A stretch of DNA of 60,926 bases, filler included. It is 4 parts of 4 records of this genome, joined end to end, with 100 filler letters (N's around TTAATTAATTAA, not from the genome) between each part and the next. Parts side by side here need not be neighbours in the genome. Positions count along the whole stretch, not along the records: positions 1 to 15,803 come from SRR20825019_783; 3 more parts are not named here. One strand, 5' to 3'. The position numbers and the translations under genes are program-made. Positions within the stretch are counted from its first letter, which is position 1, and each line of letters begins with the position of its first letter. This document shows positions 1-12,147 of the stretch, one piece after another. The notes beneath the pieces were generated by a model. The model searched no databases. It was given only the letters and a program-made list of their open reading frames with translations, and was not told the origin of the DNA.

Positions 1-546
1 ACACTGCCCAGCTCCGCTCCTCGCCGGGGATGCGGGCAACGACCGGTCCGCAAGCCGCGCCGGTTCGTCGGCGCCGTCACGGCAGTGCGGCCCGGCGGGC
101 CCGCGGCCCTCGCCCGGCGCCCTCAACTGATCCAACCGGGTTCGGGTGACTTGAGTCAGCCACGACCACCGGCACCTCGGAACGAGTCGGAATCCGCGTA
201 TCCGGTTCGGCGCTTGCGCGGAAACCTTCGACCGGCGCTGTTGCGAGCCTGGGCGCGGCCGCCGCCCCGGGGGGGCCGCGGCCGGGTCGGGCGCCCGCGG
301 CGCCTGGGCTCCCGGGCCGGGCCCGGCCGCCCACTGGCCCGGTTGTCCGCGGCGAGCAGCCCGGCCGGCGGGCCCGGGCCTGGTCCGTGGGTGGCTGTGT
401 TGTTCCATCAAGAGACTCCAAGGAATAGGAAGGGTTGATGGTGATATCAATACGACACGTGTCTGCCGTGGTCAGTAGGCGTTGAGGTCGTTGTATTTGT
501 GTTACGTGGCTCGGGGGGTGCGGATCCTTCCAGGAAGTGAGTCGGC

Positions 547-2629
547 ATGGGCGTGTGGTGCAGTCGTCTGAACCCCATTCCGGTGGAGCGTATGCCAGCG
601 CGCTTTCAGATCCGCCGTAAGCCTCACACATTTGAGGAGACGTTTGATACGGCGTTCCATAAGGAGGAGCTGGAACGAGCAAGGCGCGCGTCCCAGTCGT
701 CTCTGGTGGACGCACGCAGGGAGGAGGAGCACAGTGAAGATGACGTCTCAGACGCTGTTGAGGCGGTGCTGTCTGACCGCCAGAGGAACCTGGTGAAGCT
801 TTTGTCACTACCGGATGCCTCGACGACTGCCAAGACGGCGGACGTGGTACGTGCGCTACAACACAACATCTGTTGGTATGGACTGACGGGATTGTTAACT
901 GTGAACAGGAGGGCAACACACTCCTCCACTATGCCGCGGACTGTGGTGCATCTAACTGTGCGACCGTCCTGGTGCTGCAGGGCGCTGACGTCAATGCGCG
1001 CAACTCTGCGATGCTGACGCCGCTCCATATGGCCATCATGAGCAAACACCGGGACCTCGTCAGAAGGCAAGTGGTTGCACGTGCGTGCCCTGCCTGGTGT
1101 GTGACTGTGGTGAACCAGATTCGTGTCGGAGTTTCGAGCCGACCTGAACGCAGCGGAGCAGGAAGGATGGACGGCGCTGCACCTCTGTGCACACAATGGC
1201 GACGTCGACAACATTGAACTGATGCTCAAGCACGGTGCAGACGCTAATGTTGTGAACAAGGTGGCCTAGATTTCATCCATGCAGCCCCCCGCCCCAGCGA
1301 GCTAATGCCTTGTGCAGAACGATGACACTCCTTATGATATTGCCATGGCAGTGTGTGCATACCTCAAGAAAGCCAGGCACCGCAACCACTTCATGAAGGA
1401 GTACGAGGAGAGACACGGCGAGCGCCACCGTGCGGCCCAGGACCTGCTGTGGGAGGTGAAGCGAGCCTCTATGGAGAATGAGACATCGCAACACAAGGTC
1501 AGAAAGGTGGATTCGATTCGGAATTTATTCAAAGGAAGCAAGGACAAGGATGCCTCGCCGTCACGATCGTACGACCTCGCCGCTTGACGGACGCCGCTAT
1601 TCTAACGCTAGTATGCAGAGGCTGGAGGCACAGGCGTGCGATATCCGTCACGATCCCTGAGCATCCGAATCTCCGCCGTGGATCATGGCGCTCCCGAGGG
1701 ATGACAACCGGGGCGCGGTCGGACACGATAGTCGAGGAGAGCTTTCTTTCCTTGGGCGACGGGAAGGACAAGCAGGAGGACGGAGCCCCCGCCAGAGGAG
1801 ATGGGGAAGGTATGGACGAAGCAGATACCGATGAATGCGGTGATGAGGACGGGCCCGCAAATGGGAACGGAGGCAGTGATGACTCTGATGACTGTGAAAG
1901 CGTGAAGCCGTATATGTCTCGTCAGAGCACCGTCGATGGTAGGCCCGGCCCATTGCATAATTGAGGCATGCTCTTATTTCCCCTGGAACCAGAACCGATA
2001 GTGCCGAGGAAAGAGAGTCAAGTGGACCTTGAATTGGAAGAAATAGGACTGGATTTAGAAAGGTCTGTTGTCACGGCCTGACAGGAACGAAGTTTATATA
2101 ATCTCGTCTGCCTAGGGGAGCTCACCTCTTCGAGCCGCTCACGCCTGGGTCACCGCGAGAAGCGATGGACATGCTGAGGGCAACGCCTGATCTTAAGTAT
2201 CACCTCCCAAAGCCTCCGTCACCAGAGCCGTCCCCCCAGGAGAAACACGATGCCTCCCTCGCTATATTCGAAGATACCCAGTAAGAGTGAAGATGTTAGT
2301 ATGTGATCTCGACTCATCTGTCGTATAGTGTTCGATTCACACCCGTCAAGGCGCCGAGAGCCAAGGCCATTCGGAGTGTTCGCGATGCCAGCGAGACACC
2401 AGAGCTCTTCCGCGCTGTTGTGAAGATTGGAGAGCACGACCGCTCGGAACAGAATATCGGCGGGGATGGATCCCCTCACCGCAAGGGAGTCAGTCCGCCA
2501 GTGCTAAGAAATAAGCCACAGGAGCTAGGCAAGGTGCCGCACCCCGAGGGGGATCCCCACCGAGGTCCCAAGGTGCGCCTTGTATACCCTCAGGACGGGG
2601 AAGAGGAGAACGTGGAGTCGCAGGTGTGA
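547..2629 (+). CDS. Ankyrin-repeat protein with low-complexity C-terminus (multi-exon)
   Basis: Spliced ankyrin motifs GNTLLHYAA, LTPLHMAI, GWTALHLCA, DTPYDIA; introns 847-909, 1067-1118 (GC-AG), 1261-1317, 1569-1618; 3' exons approximate. Confidence 0.8.
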
Positions 2630-2795
2630 ATTTACTCGTTCGAGCCAAGGTTGGACACGGATTTTGCATCAATCAGCAGTGTCGATGGTTAACACCATCA
2701 CACGTACTGCCGCCGCGCCAGAGTGCCAGTGCCGCGCTTATTCTGAGCGGGCCGGTCCACTAGATAAGACCAATTGCCGGTGACTGTGGTACCTG

Positions 2796-4452
2796 TTATT
2801 GCTTCCACATTGCCCATATAATGAACAGCGAGCCGAGACTGGTGGCTGCGAATGTAGCCAAATACACGAACCTATGGTGGCCCAGCTGCCCCACCGGCAT
2901 CTGAAACGCGTCAGATTATGCCCTCTTCCCTCTGTGTAACATTCACCTTGGTGACGATGGGTACAGTCCCAGGACTCAAGTCTAGCACATGCATCGGACT
3001 GGTCAATGCTGATGCCCAATCGAGCCTGGCGTAGATTTTCTTCCTGGTCAATGCGATGTCGCTGTCGCCGCACTCGATGAATGTCCTGGGACGTGGGATG
3101 GACACAGGGCTGCAATGGTCGTTAGATGATTTGATTGAAGCTTTTGTTAGCGTTACCTGTACATGTCTGTGGAGCTGGGTGACTGGTATCGAAGATGGAT
3201 GGGGATGGTGATCTTGTATTCATCACGACCTTGCTCCAATGGCACGCGTGCTACCGCAATGTATGATAGTGATTTGTATGACGGCCGTTCCAGTTCGATA
3301 GGAGCAAAGCTCTCTATGGCGGGGCCTTGACCAAAACGGAAGTTCTCATCCACTTGGTACATGTCTATATAGAGCTCGGGTGGTACGTATTCCACAAGGA
3401 CCAGTTGGCATCCCTGGATCTATTGAGAAGATTCAGAACACCCCGATAAAATAACCTTGCCATGCGTACATTGACCGCATCAACGCCGCTAAGCGAAATT
3501 GAACTCGTGAGCTCCCGGTGCTGCCCGGACGAATCCAGCGTGCGATGAATCCTCGTCGTCACCAGAGCGGGAGGACTGCCGTTCCCAACACTTGTGGACT
3601 CAACCGAAGGCTCTGAGATTCCCAAGCACTCGGCCACGTGGGTTACGTTTTCAACTCTGAAGAGCACTTCGACACCGCACTGGTGCAGCCTCACATCAGC
3701 AACCTTCCCAAACAGAAATCCAGTGGGTCACTCACACTGCCCATCCTGCACTCGACGTTCAGGATGAATGGCGCCCTTGCCGTGGTTCCTGCACACGACT
3801 GCACATTGGAGCGAGCTGCATCGACCCAGCCATCTTGCAGAAGATGTGGGGGCGACGTGGAGCAACGAAACGACTGTGCTCTATCAGGGCCGACGCCCAG
3901 AACTGAAGCGCCGCGCCCCAGCCCGTCCATGCATTCGCGAGTGCATTCCATCCCAACGGCTGACTGGAGGGATGCGCTCATTCCCCAGCCCGCTGCACCG
4001 CTAGTTGACTCTGTTAGAGTAGATCGTCACGCATCCATCGCCCCACTTACCTCGAAGTACAAAGCTGCCATTCCTGCGGTGTGAACAAAAGACTTTGCAC
4101 ATATGCCTCCGCGTGACTCCGCCCAGATGCACTCCATACGGCCTGAGCACATGGTGAGGGAAAGTTTTATGGTCAAGGCTGTCTACGCACCTCATCATTG
4201 CCGTCACCTCGATGCACTAGAGAGATAAAGATGAAGTCATCTTCCCCAGCAGGAACCTGTTCAAGATTAGTACTAACAAGTAATACTGTGCAACGAAACT
4301 ACCTCTTCCCATCGGTGTTTGAAAACCACGGCACCGCGCTGAGACTCCTCGGTTGAACTCGTCCAAACCTGCACGTTTGCACCACCGTCCTCACTACCAC
4401 TGGCGACGGCGGCCAATACGAATATGAACCATATCAACTGAAGGTTATTCAT
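2796..4452 (-). CDS. PIGX: PIG-X/PBN1 family GPI mannosyltransferase I subunit (multi-exon)
   Basis: N-terminal signal peptide MNNLQLIWFIFVLAAVA; exon VPPELYIDMYQV..IELERP..IPIHLRYQSP; C-terminal MPVG plus TM helix FVYLATFAATSLGSLFIIWAMW. Confidence 0.72.
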
Positions 4453-4559
4453 GGCGCTTGCACAAACTCTTAATTGTTGTGAAACGTCGCCAGATAAATG
4501 AGCTTGCCCGCGGGCAAAGGCGGAATGATGGTGAGGAGACAGTGCACGGCCGCAGTTGC

Positions 4560-4985
4560 TGAGGGACGGGCGGCGGCGATGGGGGTCACAGATGAGGGCT
4601 GTCTCGCCGGGCGGCCGGGCCCGATCCGACAGACGCGGGAACCAACCGCCTCCGCCGCCCACGGTCCGGCCGGTGGCCCCGGCGCGGCGCTCCCAAGAGT
4701 GGGGACTTGCGCGGGCGGGGCCTCGGCCCCCGCAGCCGGCCGGCGGCCCTCGCCGTGCCGTCACCCAAGCGAACTTGACCCAGTCTCTCCATGGCGCCGC
4801 GGGCCGCATGCCTGGCGAGCGCCGGAGCACGAAGCCACCGGGCCGCCGGCGGCGGGCGTGGCCGGGGGGGCGGCGCCGCGGGCCGGGCGCGCGGCCGGTC
4901 ACGGTGGGGGCGGCGGGCGCGCGGGCCGGGCGGCCGGCCGGGGCGCCCGGCGGGGCCCGGACGGCCGCCGCCCCGGGTCCAGACC
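4560..4985. promoter_or_regulatory. GC-rich island between divergent PIG-X and MYB
   Basis: Near-pure G/C core ~4840-4980; lies between two 5' ends. Confidence 0.6.
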
Positions 4986-5615
4986 AGCGCACTAGATCGA
5001 TCCGAAACAATCGAAGCAGGAGGGTCAAAAAAGCTCGTTATAATGGACTCTATTCGTTATATCTAAGATGACATCCTGAATATCTCGATATAATCACGAG
5101 GGTGGGCCAACGAACAGCCGCGTCAAATTTGCAGCAACTGCAGAACTATCAATAGAACCACTCGAAATGGTGAGTGACTTCTCAGTTTGGTAAAACCCTC
5201 CTTCAGTGTAAGTTGTACACTCCGCGTCATGGTTGGGGCTGCGTTGCTTCCCGTCTTCAAAACCGATGGCAGCACCGTGACTCAGCCCTCAGTGTGGGCT
5301 GGCCCATTAGGGCTCGTAACAATGATCCCCTCGTGGCCTGTCTATGGTGTGCCCACGATGGCCTGCACTCACAGTATGATGACACCCGGCCTGCCCACCT
5401 AACATACGCCTGATGACAGCTGGCCGTGCGTGGGTGAGCCACTTTCAAACCATAGCTCCGTTCAGCCCCAACCCCCCCGCACCACCGCACCACCGCCCTC
5501 TAATTCCCATTCGGCCACTTCTTGAGTAAATAAACGTTGTGGATGCCCTCATGGTTAGCATTGTCTTTGACCAATTGTTTTGTCGGTGCGAGCTTATTCC
5601 TTATATTTTTTGGAA

Positions 5616-6989
5616 ATGACTTCAGTAGCTAAGGGAAAGAAGAGAAACCCGAGCCAGCGTTGGACTCCTGAGGAGGACGAAAAGTTGCGCAACGCCGTTC
5701 TTATGCATGACTCGAAGAACTGGAAACAGATTGCACAGCACTTCACCAACCGCACTGATATCCAGTGCCTTCAAAGGTGGTATGAGGTGCTTCGCCCTGA
5801 CCTTGTCAAGGGCCCATGGACCGAGGATGAAGACCGTCTTCTCATTGAACTAGTCCAGGAGCACGGTTGCAAGAAGTGGAGCTTGGTTGGCAGCAAGATC
5901 ACTGGTCGCAGTGGAAAGCAGTGCCGTGAGCGTTGGTGCAACCAGCTCGACCCCAATATTAAGCGCACACCTTGGACTGATGACGAAGAGCACTTCCTCA
6001 TTGAGTGCCACTTGCGCTTTGGAAGCCAGTGGTCTCAAATCGCAAAGTACCTGCCGGGTCGCCCGGATAACAGCATCAAAAATCACTGGAACTCAGTGGT
6101 GAAGAAGAAAATGCAGGCTATGGAAGCTGAGGGGAGGATGCCACCCCGTATCGAGGGCGAGCTGGAGCCCTTTGAGGACACCACCCTGGTAAAGAATGCC
6201 CCCGCTCCCCCCTCACCCCTCGCACTTGGTTCGGTTGGAAGCAAGCGCGAAAGGGACTTTGGGGGCGCCGTGAACTTGCTGGAGACGCCCAAAAAGACAG
6301 GGCGGGTCAGCATTGACCATTCCTCGCCGAACTCTCTGGCCAACCGCGTGCCCAAGAAGTTCCAGTTGACTATTGACACTGCAATGTGCACCGGTGACAG
6401 CCATGATGCTAACTTTGAGGCATTCTTGAAGGAGCTGGAGATGGGTGGTATCTACTATGACGAGGTGTCGCGCCCCGAGGCCGTGTCTCCCTTCCCGGTT
6501 GCATACAGGAATTTGTTTGGCACCAATGGGCAGGAGCAGCGCAAGAACCACAGTCCATTCTTGACTTTGGACCTCACCGCTGAGGAGGTGAACGCGGGTC
6601 TTGGCGCGGAGGTACAGCCTGAGCATATCCAGTGCTCGGAAGGCAAGCAATCCAACAGCGTGCCAAGCTTCCCTGATTTGCACTTTGAAGGATCGCCCAT
6701 GCCCGGGAGCTACATGTATGACGGTGACAAGAAAGCGGATAAGAGCCAGCTGCCCTCGCTCCCTGAACTGTCTCGCCAGCTCTCATCGGTTGCGTTGCCG
6801 ACAGGCCGTTACCCGCCGCCGCGCCATGCCCTCTACTATGGCGGAGGCGCCCTCTCCCTCATGTCCCCCCTTCCGGGAACTGCGAGCCCTGGCATATTCT
6901 ATTTCAACAGCAGTGCCCCCTTGTCTGCGTCACCTAGATTCCAGTGGCCAGTCATGACCGATTCTCCTCGTATGGTCAGGTGTTTGTAG
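5616..6989 (+). CDS. R1R2R3 (3R) c-Myb-like transcription factor
   Basis: Three Myb repeats (RWTPEEDEKL; KGPWTEDEDRLL..GKQCRERW; PWTDDEE..PGRPDNSIKNHWNS); start taken at ATG 5616; extra terminal exons possible. Confidence 0.92.
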   Translation: MTSVAKGKKRNPSQRWTPEEDEKLRNAVLMHDSKNWKQIAQHFTNRTDIQCLQRWYEVLRPDLVKGPWTEDEDRLLIELVQEHGCKKWSLVGSKITGRSGKQCRERWCNQLDPNIKRTPWTDDEEHFLIECHLRFGSQWSQIAKYLPGRPDNSIKNHWNSVVKKKMQAMEAEGRMPPRIEGELEPFEDTTLVKNAPAPPSPLALGSVGSKRERDFGGAVNLLETPKKTGRVSIDHSSPNSLANRVPKKFQLTIDTAMCTGDSHDANFEAFLKELEMGGIYYDEVSRPEAVSPFPVAYRNLFGTNGQEQRKNHSPFLTLDLTAEEVNAGLGAEVQPEHIQCSEGKQSNSVPSFPDLHFEGSPMPGSYMYDGDKKADKSQLPSLPELSRQLSSVALPTGRYPPPRHALYYGGGALSLMSPLPGTASPGIFYFNSSAPLSASPRFQWPVMTDSPRMVRCL

Positions 6990-7172
6990 AATTTAATGGC
7001 GCGCTGTTGTTACCATGCTGATCGGAGAGAGGTGGCAGTCCTTGGTGTTAAGACCAAACATGCCGCGAAGTTGACTTCTACGGTCGACGTCTTCTGATAC
7101 ATAAAATGTACAATCTATCCTACCTAAGCCCCTCTCGCTTATCAGTAGCCGAATGATTCGCGGTACTTGTTA

Positions 7173-8928
7173 TTATCTCTCAGCATGTGCTGTGCCATGC
7201 TGTTCAGTCAGTTGAAAGTAAGCACACACACCCCGGATACGTACAGGATAGTCATTCAGCCTCCTCCGATTCTCATTCTCGAAGGAAGTGTTCCAGTCAT
7301 CTTCGTCAATGGGCTGTGCATCACCGTATCTCAACCGAGAATTATTGATTTCCCGTGTGGACTCGTCAGTGAAATCCTCGTTGTAGGGAGATGTATCCGC
7401 CATTCCGTCTACATATTGTGACTTCCAGCTGCCTCCTACCAATCGGAACTTGTCCTCAGCGCGGTACCGTCCGCTGCTATGGCCGCTCCGATAATCGCGG
7501 GTGCTGTCGCGATGACGGGGCAACGAGTACTTCTGATCATCGGCGGCAGAGTTCCGCGGGAGCTGGGATGCCCTAGGGTTGTACGGGGGAGTGTACATCC
7601 TTGAGCCCTTGCTCCGCTTCTCTGCAAGGCGTTCCTTGCGGCTCTCTTCTTCAACAAAGTCCTGGAAGAATTCGAGGGGCTTCCGATCGCCCTCCTGAAG
7701 AAACGGTTTTGGCTCAGGAGTGCCATCGATCCCAGATCTACAAACATCGAGTCAGGACACGGGACAACTAGAGGATATCAGAAGTGACGTACTGCGATTC
7801 CCATTTCTCTAGGTTCGTGTCCACCCCAGTATCTGTGATCTTGCCATCGCCGACACCGGCGGCCTGCGCTTTGGTTTCGGCGGCTTCGTCATTTTGGGGG
7901 GGAGGGCGGAATTCCTGGAAAGCCTTGGCGAATGTCCGCGACACAAACGGGCACCCGCTGACAGGGAAGTGCTTGACAGTTTTAGAAAGGTGTCGGGACT
8001 TCTTCATGCCTGAAGTAGAGAATATAAGCAAGGTCGCCGCAACCACCTACATCTGCCGCTCACCAATCGGATATTCACGATCCGGTCCCAACACCTTTCT
8101 GTTGGAAAAGGACAGCTCGAGAGGATGGCACTCCGGGTACCGATTGATCTCGTACTTGCCAGGCCCAGGGTACGGTGGAGGCGGCGAGGGTGTTGGCAGA
8201 GCTACACCAGAACATTATCACTCGGCCTCCGCCCCGGTCAACAAGAATACATACGTGCTCGTGGCTTCTGTACTGGGGCATTGATGACAGGATTGGGCGC
8301 CGTCACCATGTACTTGCCACCACCAGATATAACCCTGTCGAGGCCGTCGCCAAACGGCGGCTGGTCCGTCGTCCTCCCCCACTGCGTATGGTGGTACTTC
8401 CCAGGCGCTGGATTGTCCGGGTTTGGGTTATAATGCCAACAGTTCGGGGAGTCCTCTGCACAGGCCGTCAGTCTTCATCCATTTCATCCCGCCCTGAACA
8501 TGCAGGTAACGTACCGGAGCCTCGCGGGGCTAGGTTGGCACTGCATGGGGCCGAGTGGCGCACTGGGACGTCGTAGTCTCCAGGCGCGGGGTTGCTCTCC
8601 TTCTCAGTATCTACACGGAGCGATGAGAGCACTTCCAACCACCGGCCGGATTCTTACGTGCGACAGTGTAGCCCGGGCGGATGATGGGGGCTGAGCTGCC
8701 GAGGTCGTGGGTCTGAGGACGGGTGGGGTCAGAATAGATAACAAGACAAAGAGGAAGCCAGGATACCTTGTACCGACTGGGGTCGTAGGTAGCGGGGCCC
8801 GGGGACTCGACGTTGGTAACCTGCAGGCACAGCCAGTGAGCACGGGGGGGACAGTTCAGCAGCACCAACCCACCCAACCCGAACGGCCCAGCCCTCCACG
8901 GGGAATGGACACCATCGTGGTACTGCAT
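7173..8928 (-). CDS. Sperm-tail PG-rich (STPG/SHIPPO/ODF3-like) repeat protein (multi-exon)
   Basis: Repeats SPGPATYDP, NPAPGDYDV, NPAPGKYHH, YPGPGKYEI recovered across short GT-AG introns; ends approximate. Confidence 0.65.
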
Positions 8929-9039
8929 GGTCAACACGTCGACCGTACCCACACTTGTATCTACCTGCCGCGGCCCCACGCTGGTCTTAGTCAGTGCCAC
9001 TGACCGGTGGCATCAACGTTCCTGTTGTTGGGCTGCGGC

Positions 9040-10070
9040 TATCACTGCTTGTGCCGGGCCGGCCCACCATCACCCCAGCCACGGCACGGTGCCGCAGTTG
9101 CGGGGGAGGCCGCCGCCTGGCGACCCGCGGCCCCGAACACCGCGGTAGCCCCCGTAGGCGGGCGCCCCCGGGCCGCGTGGCCCGTCCCCGGCCCGGCCCG
9201 CGGTGCCCGCTGTCGCGTCCGGCGCTCCCGACGCCATGCGCCCGGCTGCCCGGCCACGACGGGGGCCGGCGGGCCGGGGGGCCGGGGGTGGACGGGCCTG
9301 CCACACCAGGCCAGCTCGTCCCCAAGGAGTGCTGAGCCGAAGCGCCGGCGCGTGGCGGCCACTGGTGCCCACCCGACCAGACCGGAGCACTCGCGCCGCC
9401 GGCTGGGCAGCGACACACGGTTCCAGTTCCCGGCTCGGGCCCCCGAGGACCCGGCCCGGCACGTCAGCGCCTGTGTGCGACCCCGAGGCACGGCCTGGCG
9501 TGCACTGACTCTTGCAACTGCTAGTTTGATTCGGGTGTTGAGTGTGGTGGTGACGACGGCGGCGCTCTGATCCCGGGCAGGCGTGCCGTCACACGCCCGG
9601 TGACTCGTGAATGAACCGGGCGCGCCACTCGCCGGTCCGGTGGTGATCAAGACGGATGGCCGTCCATCGGGCTGACCGACTGGCCATCACTGATCACCGT
9701 CACAGTGACGAGTGCCCGTGGCAGGGGCCCGGCCGGGTGACGGTGCACGGTGACGGACGGGGCCCGCCCCCCCAGGTCGTCGTGTGGCCGGGCCCTGTCC
9801 GGTCAGTCGCCCCCGCCGACAGGTTGAGTGAAGTGTCCCGGCAGGCGGCCACCGGAACTGAACGGTCCGTCGCCGGCCACGGCCGGGCGGCTCACTCATG
9901 GTCGTGCGCACGCCATGCAGTTCCCGTCGTGGTAGTGACCGCGTGTGCAGCGAACCCCGGCGCCTGGCCGCGGCAGCTCGCGGCGGCCAGTCCCCGCAAC
10001 GGCGCCGCAGCCAATGGTCAGCCGGCGGGTGGCCAGTGCCGCAGCAAGATCCGGCGCGCGCGACTACGGC
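9040..10070. promoter_or_regulatory. GC-rich island between divergent STPG and MORN genes
   Basis: Two GC-rich lobes between two 5' ends. Confidence 0.6.
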
Positions 10071-10245
10071 CATGAGATTGGCTTGGAGGACAGGAGGGCG
10101 ACGTGTAGACTATGGCAGGCCGGGAGCCGGGGTCCACTTGGGGAGGCCTGCGCACGCAGACTGCACATTTCAAATACATCCTCCGTCCAGTCTCTTGTTG
10201 CGTGTACGATTGAAACGCTGCTGTTGGCGGTGCTACAGTCTCGTC

Positions 10246-11460
10246 ATGCCAAAGGGCGGAAGATATGTGGGAGAGGTCGTCGAGGGGAAGTGCTCTGGCC
10301 GCGGTATCTACACCTACAAGAATGGAGACCGCTATGAAGGCGAGTTTCGGCAGGGCTTGTACAATGGCCGTGGAGTATATGCATTTGCGGACGGCAGAAA
10401 ATATGAGGTTGGCATTCGTGAATATAACGCGACTCTTAAGCTGAAACTGCGATGCAGGGCACGTTCAAGGATGACTACTTCCATGGGAGGGGGGTCCTCC
10501 TATTTCAGAATGGGGATAGATATGAAGGCATATTTAGAGAGGGGAAGTGCAGTGGGCGGGGTGTGATTCAGTATGCCGACGGCGATCGGTATGAGGGAGA
10601 GTTCCTCGACAACAAGGTAAGAACCCGTTCTCGCGGTTGACTGCGCGGCACTGATATCACACAGTGGCACGGTAGGGGAGTGTACACCTCAGCCGCCGGC
10701 AGCAAATATGAAGGTGAATTCAAAGACGGAGAGCGGCACGGGCTGGGCACCTTCCGATGGGCAAGCGGGAATCGATATGAAGGCCAGTGGGTGGAGGGGG
10801 AGCGAGATGGGAGGGGAGTTTATGTGATGTCATCCGGAGGTCGCTACCATGGCGAGTATAAGAAGGGCAAGGTGAGTCCCGGCGCCAGCTGCACGTACAT
10901 TGCTGACTGCAGTCATGCAGAAACACGGGCGGGGAGTGGAGACATTTCCCGAGGGAGATAGATACGAAGGGGAGTTTGAGGAGGACAAAGCGAATGGCCG
11001 CGGCATGCACGTACGAGCCGACCTTGGCTGGTACGAAGGCGAGTTCAAGGATGGCAGATATAACGTACGAGGTGATGGTGCGGTCTGCACGTGGAGACTG
11101 ACATCGATACCAGGGGAAGGGCGTGTACACCTGGCCTGATGGCGACCGCTATGAAGGATACTTCAAGAATGGCAAGGTATGGCATTAATGAACCCCCGCT
11201 TACCTCGACTTACGCACCTCAGGAACACGGGCGTGGAACATTGGAGTCTACGGATGGTGATCTGTATGAAGGGGAGTGGAGAGACGGAGCCTTCCATGGC
11301 CGTGGTGTCCTTGTGGTGTCGACAGGAGAGCGATATGAGGTGGGCATTCCACCACGGTGTTGTTAGTGAGGTTCTCATGATCACTCCAGGGAACATTCAG
11401 AGAAGGCGTCTTTGTATCTGGCAAAGTCAAACAGAAGACGGGAGAAGAACTCGTTTATAG
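10246..11460 (+). CDS. MORN-repeat protein (multi-exon)
   Basis: Tandem G-x-x-Y-x-G-E-F/W..G-x-G repeats (NGDRYEGEFRQGLYNGRG etc.) over several exons; an upstream exon is possible. Confidence 0.9.
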
Positions 11461-11565
11461 TGCAGCATAAGAGTGGTAAAGACCTATCACACTTTTGGCG
11501 GTTTGAGGAACTTTAGGGGCCAACCGAGGCCACTTGCAGATGTGTCTGCACAGACACTTTACAAC

Positions 11566-12147
11566 TCATAGGTCCACTTTTTCTTGAGCTTTTTCGCATG
11601 CGCCCGTTATCTCCACGCAAAAATTCGCATAGATACTATCGTTGCGTTTGTAGTCGAATATGAGGTCCATCAGGTTCTCGTCATAGTCTTCAAGGAAGTG
11701 TTCACATGAGTTCGTTAGGTGTTTCATAGACACATCCGTGACTTGAGCTTTGTTCAGTGCATCTAATCGTTGGGCCAAATCTTCACCGGGTACCGGCTTG
11801 ATTCTTGCAAACCTATCCTGCGAACCCACCCACACTTAGCACCACAGGCTTCAACTTTACGTCAGCCGTACCTCGTCGCTGATGAATCCGTATGTTTCGC
11901 CAATATTCCTACATACAAACTCAAGCAAGGTGTTCACCGCCCCTTCGGCACTATGTCGAGTTAGCTGCGACGAGCGCACTTCCGTCATATTCACTTCAAG
12001 CTGCAGTTCGTTGACAAAAGCCTGGCAGGCACTGCAATAGTATGCTTTCCCCATGGATTTGGCGAAGGAGTTGTCCTTGGCCTGGACAAGTTGCAGCCCC
12101 GCCACTAGCGCAAGTAGCACTGTAACCTCCTTTCGCCCACAGTACAT
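11566..12147 (-). CDS. Canopy (CNPY)/saposin-B-like ER protein
   Basis: Signal peptide, YCSACQAFVNEL, LLEFVC, SCEHFLEDYDENL, FCVEITGAC cysteine pattern; C-terminal KVDL ER-retrieval-like motif. Confidence 0.78.

Noticed and set aside
4273-5071. Long Arg/Pro/Gly/Ala-rich ORFs on both strands over this and the other islands
   Set aside because: Expected from the scarcity of stop codons in very GC-rich DNA; they overlap in all frames and show no domains
10246-11460. Periodic repeats as a CRISPR array or satellite
   Set aside because: The periodicity is at protein level (MORN repeats); no identical DNA repeats with spacers
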